Positions 1 through 8,528 are shown, counted from the first letter of the stretch. The stretch is 32,000 bases of DNA from Nitrososphaerota archaeon (GCA_013378385.1 JACAFS010000002.1:1-32000); one strand, 5' to 3'. The notes: a model not told the origin generated them from the sequence alone. Program-made: numbers and translations.

Positions 1-246
1 AGGAGCATCAATAATTTCTTCAGTTTTTTCTTCAGTTTTTTCTTCAGTTTTTTCTTCAGTTTTTTCTTCAGTTTTTTCTTCAGTTTTTTCTTCAGTTTTT
101 TCTTCAGTTTTTTCTATGACCGGAGTTGATTCAATTTTAGTTATAGCAGGAGATTTTTCTGAATTATTTGAAATTTCAGAATTATTAACAGCATCAGAAC
201 TTGGCTGTTGATTGTCAGATTGTTGTATTTTTTCCTCTTCCACCAT
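1..246 (-). CDS. Acidic low-complexity repeat protein, N-terminal fragment (gene continues past the left window edge)
   Basis: ATG at 246..244, and the frame stays open to position 1 (82 codons). Translation is MVEEEKIQQSDNQQPSSDAVNNSEISNNSEKSPAITKIESTPVI followed by (EKTE)x8. It is absent from the ORF track, presumably because it is edge-truncated. No family recognised. Confidence 0.45.
   Translation of the reverse strand, partial: MVEEEKIQQSDNQQPSSDAVNNSEISNNSEKSPAITKIESTPVIEKTEEKTEEKTEEKTEEKTEEKTEEKTEEKTEEIIDAP
18..113. repeat. Perfect 12-bp tandem repeat (cttcagtttttt) x8, lying inside the partial minus-strand CDS
   Basis: Units start at 18, 30, 42, 54, 66, 78, 90 and 102, and all are identical. 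On the minus strand each unit reads gaa aaa act gaa = EKTE. Confidence 0.95.
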
Positions 247-333
247 TTACTAACCCACTAGTCTAGAATCAATATTCATCAAGAGCATATATATTTATTT
301 TCTTTGTTGTCAAAAATGGTATGAAGATACGAC

Positions 334-341
334 ATTTATAA
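334..341 (+). promoter_or_regulatory. TATA-like box (atttataa) for the cupredoxin gene, implying a leaderless transcript
   Basis: The box is centred about 27 nt upstream of the GTG start at 365, the typical archaeal TATA-to-TSS spacing. No Shine-Dalgarno-like sequence lies between them. Confidence 0.4.
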
Positions 342-364
342 GCAGCTTCTTTTTTTACTTTAAT

Positions 365-820
365 GTGTCACAGACGTCAAAGATAGCAGGGCCGCTTTTT
401 ATTATATGTATATTAGCATCAGTAGTAGGTTTTGGGTGGTTTCAATTCGTATATATGCCTGAAGTAAATAAAGAGGTAATAGTTCCAGAAGAATGGTTAA
501 ATCCGCCGGAAAAAACAACAGTCGACATATTATTAGGTTCAGTTGATATGGATCAGGAAGATAACTTTTTGCCAAATGCAATTTCCGTGACATTAGGAGA
601 AAATAATCTAGTAACATGGTTAAACTTAGACGGTGTTATTCATACAGTAACAGCAGAAGTTGGTAAAGAATTTATAAAACTTGCAGGAAATGCAAATTAC
701 TTAGATCCTGAAGGCGGAGAATTTTCATTTCTGTTTATTGAAGCTGGAGAATATACATACTATTGTGCTCCACATCCATGGATGAGAGGAACAGTAATCG
801 TATCAGAACCTGAAGCTTAA
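365..820 (+). CDS. Membrane-anchored type-1 (blue) copper protein, amicyanin/plastocyanin-like cupredoxin
   Basis: N-terminal hydrophobic anchor IAGPLFIICILASVVGFGWF. C-terminal ligand loop YYCAPHPWMRGTV (Cys-X2-His-X2-Met, amicyanin-like) with an upstream His in GVIHTVT. GTG start. Confidence 0.8.
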   Translation: MSQTSKIAGPLFIICILASVVGFGWFQFVYMPEVNKEVIVPEEWLNPPEKTTVDILLGSVDMDQEDNFLPNAISVTLGENNLVTWLNLDGVIHTVTAEVGKEFIKLAGNANYLDPEGGEFSFLFIEAGEYTYYCAPHPWMRGTVIVSEPEA

Positions 821-1392
821 GAAACGGATTTCATTACTTTAGCACGTGCAAATAATTTAGCAAGTCTTAAGGGTTCAGGTACAGAACCTTGTAAAGTAAA
901 TTTATCTAAGATTTTTTTTGTATCAGATAAGGAAATACCAGAAAATTGTATATAAGCAAAATATTCAGTTTTAATATTAATTTTTTGAGAGATGCCATTT
1001 TTAGTATAAGTTTTCAATTTTTTGTTCCATGAATTAGGATATTTTCCCTTAAAATTATTTTCGAGATTTTTCGGGGGTTTTAATGAGACAGATATAATTG
1101 GAAGATTAATTAAGTTATTTAAAAAATTAAGGTCTACCACATTATAACTACTCATAATAGAACCAAGAATCATTATACAATTAATATCGTCTCTACCCAT
1201 TTTGTCATACATCAAAGAAATACTTTCAGTAATGTCATCGCCACCGACTGTAGATTCTCCATACATAGAACCGTCAACAACTAGATCGCTTCGCATAACT
1301 ACAGAACATAATGTTGATTTTTTTGAATTAGGGAAATAACATTCTGCAATACCCATAGCACGAAGTGCACTTTTTTCAAGATGAAGTTTCAT
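817..1392 (-). CDS. DUF99 / UPF0215 family protein (endonuclease-V-like fold family)
   Basis: The pattern LRAMGIAE..CSVVMRSDLVVDG..TVGGDDITESI..INCIMILGSIMSSYNVVDL..INLPIISVS matches the archaeal DUF99 layout. Lies 14 nt downstream of purB on the same strand. Confidence 0.6.
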   Translation of the reverse strand: MKLHLEKSALRAMGIAECYFPNSKKSTLCSVVMRSDLVVDGSMYGESTVGGDDITESISLMYDKMGRDDINCIMILGSIMSSYNVVDLNFLNNLINLPIISVSLKPPKNLENNFKGKYPNSWNKKLKTYTKNGISQKINIKTEYFAYIQFSGISLSDTKKILDKFTLQGSVPEPLRLAKLFARAKVMKSVS

Positions 1393-1406
1393 AATGATTT
1401 AAAAAA

Positions 1407-2843
1407 TCAATATGTAGATTTTGAAGAAGATTTTGATTTAGTTTTATATTTTTTCAGAACTGAATTGATGTTTTTTTGGAGAAGTAATGATCGTTCTGGA
1501 GCTGTGCCTACATAATTTGAATAATTAAAGAGATTTTTTAAGTCCAGATCTAATTCAGACAAATATTTATTCTTTGAAATTAAGGTAAACAAAGGATTAG
1601 GTTTGCCAAGTTCAATTTCGTCCCAGGCTTGTAAAGAGATTTTACGAAATTCTTCATGAAGTGTTTGTCTATTTTTACCTTTTTTTGACAAATCCATCAT
1701 TATAGGTTCAAGTAATGCAAAAGGTCCGTAGATGTCCAAGTTCTTCTTTATGTTTATGTCAGATATCTCCATACCGGATAATATTTCGGAATAAATCATA
1801 AGACATTCGTCCAAAGCAAGAAAACTTTCAGGAAGAAAGAGTCTGCGATTTGCAGAGTCGTCCAAAGTTCTTTCCAATATACTATTAGATGCATTGGAAC
1901 TGGCAACGTTCAAAAATGAAGAAACATAACGTGTCAAAGACGAAATTCTTTCAGTCATAATAGGATTACGTTTAAAGGGCATAGCGCTAGAGCCGACTTG
2001 AAGTTTTTTTCTTGGTTCTTTGAATTCGCCAAAAGGAGGAGATTGCAATATTCTAAAGTCTAGGGAGAATTTATGCAAACTTTGAGCTAAAGATGATAAG
2101 GCAGAAAGAACTAAGAAATCAACTTTACGAGGATATGTTTGAGAAGAGACTACAAATGCTTTAACGTCAAGATTTTTCATAACTTCATTTTCAAAATTCT
2201 TAGTGTTTTTACCCAGTAAACGCTTATAGCTGGCTGATGTGCCTACAGCTCCTTTAATTCCCTTGCCAAGAACAATATTATCCAAAATAAACTCAATATT
2301 CTTAATATCCAATAACAAATCTTGTGCATAAAGTGAAAATCGATAGCCCAAAGTAGTAGGTTCGGCAGCCTGTATATGGGTCCAACCCATACAAACAGTT
2401 TTATGATGAGTTTTTATTTTTTTAGAAAGTGCGTCTAAGCAAGCGACAACTTTTTCCAAGATAGTTATTAGAGCTTCGCGAATAACTAGAATATCGGCGT
2501 TATCTACAATATCCATCGAGGTAGCACCAAGATGTATTTTACCACCGCCAACTTTAGCTTGATCGGCAAAAGTTTTGATTTCGGACATCAAATCATGTCT
2601 AATTTTTTTTTCAGTTTCAAGTGAACGTTTAATATTAACATGCTTTTCGGAAGAATATTTCTTGATGTCGTTTAATTCAGCCTTAGATATCAGGCCATAT
2701 TTGTATTGTGAAGATGCAATTTCATACCATATTTTTCTCCATTTTGTACGTCTAGTTTTTTCAGAGAATATAAAACGCATTTCATCACTGCCATAACGCC
2801 ATGAAAAAGGTGATCTATAATTATCAAATTCAGAACCAGTCAA
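1407..2843 (-). CDS. purB: Adenylosuccinate lyase
   Basis: Fumarate-lyase superfamily signature GSSAMPFKRNP. N-terminus SPFSWRYGSDEMRFIFSE is typical of PurB. The TTG start is needed to retain the conserved N-terminus. Confidence 0.9.
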   Translation of the reverse strand: MTGSEFDNYRSPFSWRYGSDEMRFIFSEKTRRTKWRKIWYEIASSQYKYGLISKAELNDIKKYSSEKHVNIKRSLETEKKIRHDLMSEIKTFADQAKVGGGKIHLGATSMDIVDNADILVIREALITILEKVVACLDALSKKIKTHHKTVCMGWTHIQAAEPTTLGYRFSLYAQDLLLDIKNIEFILDNIVLGKGIKGAVGTSASYKRLLGKNTKNFENEVMKNLDVKAFVVSSQTYPRKVDFLVLSALSSLAQSLHKFSLDFRILQSPPFGEFKEPRKKLQVGSSAMPFKRNPIMTERISSLTRYVSSFLNVASSNASNSILERTLDDSANRRLFLPESFLALDECLMIYSEILSGMEISDINIKKNLDIYGPFALLEPIMMDLSKKGKNRQTLHEEFRKISLQAWDEIELGKPNPLFTLISKNKYLSELDLDLKNLFNYSNYVGTAPERSLLLQKNINSVLKKYKTKSKSSSKSTY

Positions 2844-2855
2844 ACTATACTCACG

Positions 2856-4280
2856 TCATTTATTGTCCTTATTGATTATAAATCGTGGGTCAGTAGGTTG
2901 AGTTAAAGAATTGACATTAAGAATTTTTTTTAACTGACTTTCAGTAAGAATTTCTTCCTTTAGAATTAAATCTAATATATTGGTATTAGAAGTTACAGAC
3001 TTTTTAGCAATTTTTGAAGCATTACTATATCCAATGTATTTATTCAAAATTGTAGCAAGGCCAATACTTTCTTCGGCGTATTTACGACAGATGAGTTCAT
3101 TGGCAGTAATTCCGTCAATACATAACTTTCTCATTTGTTTGATTGAATTAGTAAGGATTTGGATAGAGAACAACACATTATAGGAAATCATAGGCATCAT
3201 GACATTGAGTTCAAGTTGTCCTGCCTGAGTTGCATAAGCTACGCCAGAATCAGAGCCAATAACATGAAAACAAACCATATTTACCATCTCAAGAATGGAG
3301 GGATTGACTTTTCCAGGCATGATAGATGAACCTGGAGCAATGGCAGGAAGATTAATTTCCGACAGTCCAGTTCGTGGACCCGATGATAGCAATCTTAGGT
3401 CATTAGAAATACGAGTAAGTTCGAGTGATAAATTTCTAAAACTAGAAGATAAAGAAGATATGTCTTTTTGACTTTGCATAGATTCTCTCAAATCGATAGA
3501 TTGTTTCAATGGTAATTTTGTTTCAATAGAAAGTTCACGAACCATTAATTTAGAATAATTTGGATGAGTATTGATTCCAGTGCCTGCAGCACTTCCGCCA
3601 ATTCCTAAAAAGAATAGTTGTTTTTTACAATGTTGTATATCTTGAAGGCATTTGTTAATTGTAATTGAATAAGCTTTGAATTCTTGTCCAAGTGTTATTG
3701 GAACTGCATCTTGTAAATGTGTACGAGCAGACTTCAGTATTTTATTAAATTGTTTTGATTTGGATTGAAATGAATAAGACAATGATTTTAACTCTTGTTC
3801 GAGTTGCGGGATGGAAGATAAGATAGATAAACGGATTGCAGTAGGAAAAGTGTCATTAGTAGATTGAGACATATTTACATGGTCATTAGGATGGATTGGA
3901 TCATAACTTCCAAGTTTACGATGGAGTGATTGATTGGAACGATTTGCGATAACTTCATTACAATTCATATTAAAAGACGTACCAGCTCCCATTTGAAAAA
4001 CATCAACTACAAATTGATCCCGAAATTTACCAGACAGAATCTCGTCTGAGGTTTTAATTATAGCAGAAGACAGTTTCTTATCAAGGAGTTTGAGTTTTGT
4101 ATTAGTTTTTGCAGCTGATTTTTTAATTATAACAAAGGAATCTAGAAATTCAGGAGAGTGCATAACGCCACTAATTGGGAAATTCTCAATAGCGCGTTGT
4201 GTTTGGATTCCATAATAGGCAGAACTTGGTACTTTCTTTTTACCTAGTGAATCAGATTCAGTCCTGTATGTCTTAACCAC
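2856..4280 (-). CDS. aspA: Aspartate ammonia-lyase-like class II fumarase/aspartase family lyase
   Basis: Signature GSSIMPGKVNP. DQFVVDVFQMGAGTSFNMNCNEVIAN and HPNDHVNMSQSTNDTFPT resemble AspA (GAGTS.NMN) more than FumC (GSGTQSNMN). GTG start. Fumarase activity cannot be excluded. Confidence 0.75.
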   Translation of the reverse strand: MVKTYRTESDSLGKKKVPSSAYYGIQTQRAIENFPISGVMHSPEFLDSFVIIKKSAAKTNTKLKLLDKKLSSAIIKTSDEILSGKFRDQFVVDVFQMGAGTSFNMNCNEVIANRSNQSLHRKLGSYDPIHPNDHVNMSQSTNDTFPTAIRLSILSSIPQLEQELKSLSYSFQSKSKQFNKILKSARTHLQDAVPITLGQEFKAYSITINKCLQDIQHCKKQLFFLGIGGSAAGTGINTHPNYSKLMVRELSIETKLPLKQSIDLRESMQSQKDISSLSSSFRNLSLELTRISNDLRLLSSGPRTGLSEINLPAIAPGSSIMPGKVNPSILEMVNMVCFHVIGSDSGVAYATQAGQLELNVMMPMISYNVLFSIQILTNSIKQMRKLCIDGITANELICRKYAEESIGLATILNKYIGYSNASKIAKKSVTSNTNILDLILKEEILTESQLKKILNVNSLTQPTDPRFIINKDNK

Positions 4281-4335
4281 AAGTAATTATGAAAGACATA
4301 CGTATTTTACTTTTGGCCTAATTTCAAGAGTTTAT

Positions 4336-4692
4336 TCAGTATCCAGTGGCCTCTCTTTGCCTATTGATCTGGTTTTTTCTTTCGTATTCTTTTAATATAT
4401 CTTCTGGAGTTAATTCTAATTCCATGGAAGCCTGAACAACAAAATGCCAGATATCAATCAATTCTTCTTTAGCAAGTTCTTGATTAAGAGGAACTGGTTT
4501 TTTCCACCATTTCCAAGAGGTGAGTCTTTGTAGTTCAATAGTTTCGTGAATAATTGCGGTGCATAGAACAGATATTTTCTCATCTAGACTAACAGGATAC
4601 CGATCCAATTTCAATAGAGATGTATAATCTTGTTGCATCTGGAATATTTTCTTTAATATATCGTCAGATTTGGGATTATTTTGCGTTGTCAT
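4336..4692 (-). CDS. All-alpha NTP pyrophosphohydrolase (dimeric dUTPase / MazG-like)
   Basis: LCTAIIHETIELQRLTSWKWWKK...EELIDIWHFVV resembles the dimeric dUTPase/MazG-type helical core. I trimmed the start to ATG 4692 (MTTQNNPK); the ORF-track start at 4725 adds a hydrophobic-looking extension. Confidence 0.5.
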   Translation of the reverse strand: MTTQNNPKSDDILKKIFQMQQDYTSLLKLDRYPVSLDEKISVLCTAIIHETIELQRLTSWKWWKKPVPLNQELAKEELIDIWHFVVQASMELELTPEDILKEYERKNQINRQREATGY

Positions 4693-4741
4693 GATATTAC
4701 TAAACAAAACATAATTTAATATCAATTACGTTATTAATCGC

Positions 4742-4933
4742 ATGAATATTGGAGATATGAAGGATAATATATGGGTTAAATTTGTATTATTTGTAATAAC
4801 AATGATATTCTTCTTAACATGTGGCCTAATTTTACTTAATTTCTATTTTAATTCAACAAGTCCTGTGTTTTTCATGTTAGAAATTCCACTATTACTGTTA
4901 ATGTTAAATGTACTGAGAAAGATTGCCACATAG
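4742..4933 (+). CDS. Possible small two-helix membrane protein (63 aa)
   Basis: Two hydrophobic stretches (VKFVLFVITMIFFLTCGLILL, VFFMLEIPLLLLML). An AT-rich TATA-like element lies about 25 nt upstream. Overlaps the next gene's TTG by 11 nt. No homology recognised, so it could be spurious. Confidence 0.3.
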   Translation: MNIGDMKDNIWVKFVLFVITMIFFLTCGLILLNFYFNSTSPVFFMLEIPLLLLMLNVLRKIAT

Positions 4934-5969
4934 TAAATTACAAACAATTTTTAATGGTATAAAATCTACAACGTTAGCAGATGTTTTTATAGATAGAATA
5001 GTAAAAGTTCCCGACTTAGATAAACTAGTGACAGATGCAAAAGCTAAATCAGCAGTAGGTGGAGGAAGCATAAGAGGAATTAAACAGACAGAGATAGTCG
5101 GTGGTAATGCAACAAATATTGCATATGCGCTTGTGAAATTTGGAAGTGAGACAGAATTATTTGCAATAGGTGATGAATTTACAAGAAGATTATTAGATTT
5201 ACGATTTCAGGAATTTGATAATATAAAAATAAATATGTTGAAAGGAAAACCAGGATTTACAATTGCATTAGAGACGGATCACAATAATGATTCAAATATT
5301 ATGATCAGTGATGTTGGAGGAATAGAGAAATTTAATGGAATTGATATAACAACTAACTATCTAAAGATAATAGAAGAATCTGACATCGTAATAATATCAA
5401 ATTGGGCGTCAAATCTAGATGGAAATCAACTAGTAAACGAAATTTTCAGTGCAGCTAAAGGTAGTATCAGGTTATTGGATTTTGCAGATTTGTCTACATC
5501 AACAAGTAGACTACAAGGATTAATGGATAATATGAAGAATAATAAGATAATTGATGTGATAAGTCTTAATGAAAATGAGTGTCAGATACTAGGAAAATTT
5601 TTAGATTTGAAGAAGATTAGTGTAGAATATACAATCAATGAAATTAAAACAATGGCAGCAGATATATCATCAATATTGGGTACAATAATAGATATTCATA
5701 CACCAATAGGATCTTGTTCTGCATCAAATGGCGATGTGGAATTTGTTGAGTCATTTCCTGTGAAGCCCATGATCTTAACAGGAGCAGGAGATGTTTGGAA
5801 TGCAATAAACATATTGGGATTAAAAAAGGAATTATCGACTATTAATAGATTGAATCTTGCAAATGCAGCTGCGGCAAGCTATATATCGGAATTCCACAAT
5901 GGAGATTTTTCTTTATTAAAAGTTGAGGATTTATTAGAATCACGTAATATTTTTGTGGATTCATTATGA
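4923..5969 (+). CDS. PfkB-family carbohydrate/nucleoside kinase
   Basis: GGNATNIAYALVKFG (N-terminal PfkB motif) and TGAGDVWNA (C-terminal GAGD catalytic motif). The TTG start is inferred because no upstream ATG retains the first beta-strand (LADVFIDRIV). Confidence 0.75.
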   Translation: MPHSKLQTIFNGIKSTTLADVFIDRIVKVPDLDKLVTDAKAKSAVGGGSIRGIKQTEIVGGNATNIAYALVKFGSETELFAIGDEFTRRLLDLRFQEFDNIKINMLKGKPGFTIALETDHNNDSNIMISDVGGIEKFNGIDITTNYLKIIEESDIVIISNWASNLDGNQLVNEIFSAAKGSIRLLDFADLSTSTSRLQGLMDNMKNNKIIDVISLNENECQILGKFLDLKKISVEYTINEIKTMAADISSILGTIIDIHTPIGSCSASNGDVEFVESFPVKPMILTGAGDVWNAINILGLKKELSTINRLNLANAAAASYISEFHNGDFSLLKVEDLLESRNIFVDSL

Positions 5970-6566
5970 GATATTTTGTATTAATTCAGAATTGATACTA
6001 CCAGATCTGATTATGTTGATAGTATCGTCTTCGACTTTGACAATTGTAGATTCTTTAGATTTGTTTTCAATATCATCAATAAGAATAGCATCCAGATTTG
6101 GAAGCTGAGACATTACTAACGATGCAGAGTGATTAGATTTAGTTCCTGAGATGTTGGCACTCGTACCAACAAGATAGCCACTACAGTTAGAAATTAATGA
6201 TAAAGTAACTGGATTGTCAGGTACACGTAAGGCAATGAATTCAGAACCACAAGTTATTGTCTTTAAGGAATCATTTGTCATAGGAACGACAATGGTTAAT
6301 GAACCAGGCCAAAATTTTTCAGCAAGTTTCAAAGAAATTGGATCAAAGGAGGCAATTTTTAAAGCAGATTTGATGGAATCGCACAGTAATGGCAGAGGTT
6401 TATTTTCACGTATTTTAAGTTCAAATATTTTTTTTACAGAATTGTGAATGTAAGGATTGCATCCTAAACCATAGACAGTATCAGTTGGATAAGCAATAAT
6501 ACCGCCACTAGATACGATTCGGGCAATTTCAATTATATCAGGCATAGAAGCCGTGAATTGTTGCAT
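5964..6566 (-). CDS. tsaC: L-threonylcarbamoyladenylate synthase (YrdC/TsaC type, single domain)
   Basis: GGIIAYPTDTVYGLGCNP and FWPGSLTIVV...LRVPDNPV...GTSANISG are canonical YrdC/Sua5 motifs. At 200 aa it has no Sua5 C-terminal domain. Confidence 0.9.
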   Translation of the reverse strand: MQQFTASMPDIIEIARIVSSGGIIAYPTDTVYGLGCNPYIHNSVKKIFELKIRENKPLPLLCDSIKSALKIASFDPISLKLAEKFWPGSLTIVVPMTNDSLKTITCGSEFIALRVPDNPVTLSLISNCSGYLVGTSANISGTKSNHSASLVMSQLPNLDAILIDDIENKSKESTIVKVEDDTINIIRSGSINSELIQNIS

Positions 6567-6616
6567 ATTGTTTATAAGTCACATTCATTCCTAATAATCC
6601 TGCGGACTGAATATAA

Positions 6617-7438
6617 GTGGTCAAAGCATCTAAAAACAATTCGAGTAAGATTTCTATAAAGAGTATCAAAGAAGATACAAGACTTTTTCTTAATAAATCG
6701 CCAATAGTAATGTCAATAAGAATATATGTATTCATAATAGGCATAATGCTAAGCGGAATGTTTTCAAGGACATTTTTTGGTCAAGTAATTGCATTTATAG
6801 GAATTAACGAAAGAAAGGAGACATACAATCCACAAGCAGTAAAGGTAAATGTAAGACAGGTAATGGTCTCAGGTAGAATAATTGCACTGATGACATTGAT
6901 ATCCATCATGTATGTTATAATTTCTATCTCTGGTACAAATAATTTGAATATATTAATTCCGGGGTTGTTGATTAGTTTCGGTATATGTCAGCAAATGGAA
7001 GGAGCTTCATTGGACGTAATAACAGAACACATGAGAAATTCAATGGGTTCATGGACTACAATACTACACATATTTGCAAAGAGAAAGAGAGGAATATATT
7101 GGAAAGAGTTCATTGAAGAAACTGAACTTCTATGGGCGCATCCACAAATAAGGCCCATGTCAGGTTCAGAAGAGTCATTAGAGAAGATTGAAAGAAAGAT
7201 ATCAGAAGAGAATTTAATTAAGTACATGAATAAAGGCAGGGATGAGATGAATTATTATACAAAGATTGAAGATGAATCAAAAAGTAAGAGAAAATTCTTT
7301 GATCATGCACTGGGGTGGTTACACAATACACGTGATAAGCACGATGATTTGAACGAGGTGCAGCAGAGGCTTGGAACTTGGAGTTATGCAATATATTTAG
7401 GCATAGGAACAATAATCTGGCTCATACAGCCATTCTAA
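6617..7438 (+). CDS. Hypothetical polytopic membrane protein with a charged soluble segment
   Basis: Hydrophobic helices: IYVFIIGIMLSGMF, VIAFIGI, IIALMTLISIMYVIISI, ILIPGLLISFGI, and a C-terminal WSYAIYLGIGTIIWLI. A charged region (EESLEKIERKISEENL...EDESKSKRK) lies between them. Start is ambiguous (GTG 6617 or ATG 6710). No family recognised. Confidence 0.5.
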   Translation: MVKASKNNSSKISIKSIKEDTRLFLNKSPIVMSIRIYVFIIGIMLSGMFSRTFFGQVIAFIGINERKETYNPQAVKVNVRQVMVSGRIIALMTLISIMYVIISISGTNNLNILIPGLLISFGICQQMEGASLDVITEHMRNSMGSWTTILHIFAKRKRGIYWKEFIEETELLWAHPQIRPMSGSEESLEKIERKISEENLIKYMNKGRDEMNYYTKIEDESKSKRKFFDHALGWLHNTRDKHDDLNEVQQRLGTWSYAIYLGIGTIIWLIQPF

Positions 7439-7512
7439 CAATATAGCAATTATTATACACAATAATCAAATCATATAGACTACCTACATTATCGAGTAAT
7501 TATTAGGTATAA

Positions 7513-8415
7513 TTGATAATGCTAAATAGTGTTTCAAAGAATACGCCTAAAGAGATACTGAATATGGATTATTCTGCACATTTGGAAACAGCCAGTGCAG
7601 AAGGAACATATCATGACTATAACAGATTAAACAACTTAACGGGTAAAGAATGGATAAAATTTCAGAAGAGTTGGTTCATAATTAATCCTAAATCGAGACA
7701 GAAAAATGTGTTATTGCATCCTGCAAAGTTCCCTGAAGAATTAATTGAAAATTTTATAAAATTCTTTACAAAAGAAGGTCAGACAGTATTAGATCCAATG
7801 GTTGGAACAGGAAGTACGTTAATAGCGGCTATGAATACAAACAGAAATGCAATAGGAATTGAATTGTCTAAGAAGTATGCAGATGTAGCGTTACAGAGAG
7901 TAAATAGTAGAACGCAAGAAATTACTGAACATGAGAATAAAAAGAATGTGAAACTATACAAAGGTGATGCAAGACTTGTAGACAGAATCAATATGTCGGA
8001 TATTGACTTTTGTATAACTTCGCCTCCATATTGGGACATGTTACGTGAAAAGGGGTTTGAGACACAAAAGACCAGACAGGAAAAAAATTATGATTTATAT
8101 TATTCTGAGAATCAACAAGATGTGGGAAATATAGACGATTATATGAAATTTGTTGATGAGTTAAATGATATTTATTCGAAAGTACACAAGATAATGAAAA
8201 AAGGAGGATATCTAACAGTTATTGTCAAGAATATCAAGAAAGGCGGAAAGATATATCCACTAGCATGGGATCTTGCAAGAAAACTGGATTGTTTTACATT
8301 GAAAGATGAGAAAATATGGTGTCAAGACAATGTAAAATTAGCACCTTATGGTTATGGGTACTCATGGGTGAGTAATACGGTTCACCATTATTGTTTAATT
8401 TTTAAGAAAGAATAA
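7513..8415 (+). CDS. SPPY-type amino-methyltransferase (N4-C/N6-A DNA methylase-like) with permuted motif order
   Basis: HPAKFPEELIENFI + VLDPMVGTGSTLIAA + NAIGIEL (motif X/I-III block, aa ~69-118) comes before DFCITSPPYW (motif IV, aa ~166-174) and KKGGYLTVIV. The likely true start is ATG 7519. Confidence 0.8.
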   Translation: MIMLNSVSKNTPKEILNMDYSAHLETASAEGTYHDYNRLNNLTGKEWIKFQKSWFIINPKSRQKNVLLHPAKFPEELIENFIKFFTKEGQTVLDPMVGTGSTLIAAMNTNRNAIGIELSKKYADVALQRVNSRTQEITEHENKKNVKLYKGDARLVDRINMSDIDFCITSPPYWDMLREKGFETQKTRQEKNYDLYYSENQQDVGNIDDYMKFVDELNDIYSKVHKIMKKGGYLTVIVKNIKKGGKIYPLAWDLARKLDCFTLKDEKIWCQDNVKLAPYGYGYSWVSNTVHHYCLIFKKE

Positions 8416-8439
8416 TCTCATTAAGTAATATGATATTTT

Positions 8440-8526
8440 GCCCCAGTAGCTCAGATCGGCCAGAGCGACTAAATAATGTCGAACCTCGTAAGTAGTAGGT
8501 CCTGGGTTCAAATCCCAGCTGGGGCT
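8440..8526 (+). tRNA. tRNA-Thr (anticodon CGT at 8487..8489) with a 12-nt intron at 8472..8483
   Basis: Acceptor GCCCCAG/CTGGGGC, D arm GCTC-AGATCGGCCA-GAGC, T arm CTGGG-TTCAAAT-CCCAG, discriminator T. Removing AATAATGTCGAA gives the anticodon arm ACTAC-CTCGTAA-GTAGT. No CCA is encoded. Confidence 0.8.
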
Positions 8527-8528
8527 TG

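Noticed and set aside
18-113. Possible CRISPR array (also considered for 15325..15390)
   Set aside because: The units are contiguous with no spacers, are only 12 bp and 26 bp long, and the first lies in frame inside a CDS. No cas genes are present.
4693-4725. 11-codon N-terminal extension of the dUTPase/MazG-like ORF
   Set aside because: The internal ATG at 4692 leaves room for the AT-rich bidirectional promoter shared with the gene at 4742. The extension has no conserved character. This trimming is itself an inference.
7120-7290. PD-(D/E)XK-like spacing (D...EDESK) in the C-terminal part of the 273-aa membrane protein, which would make it the nuclease partner of the adjacent methylase
   Set aside because: It is a single short charged stretch in a lysine/glutamate-rich region of a polytopic membrane protein. 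That is far too weak to call a nuclease fold without structural or profile evidence.
6567-8439. tRNA-associated integrated mobile element carrying the membrane protein and methylase
   Set aside because: No integrase or recombinase gene is present. I could find no direct repeat of the tRNA sequence near 6567..6620 or 7439..7512. The cargo also lies 5' of the tRNA rather than at its 3' end.
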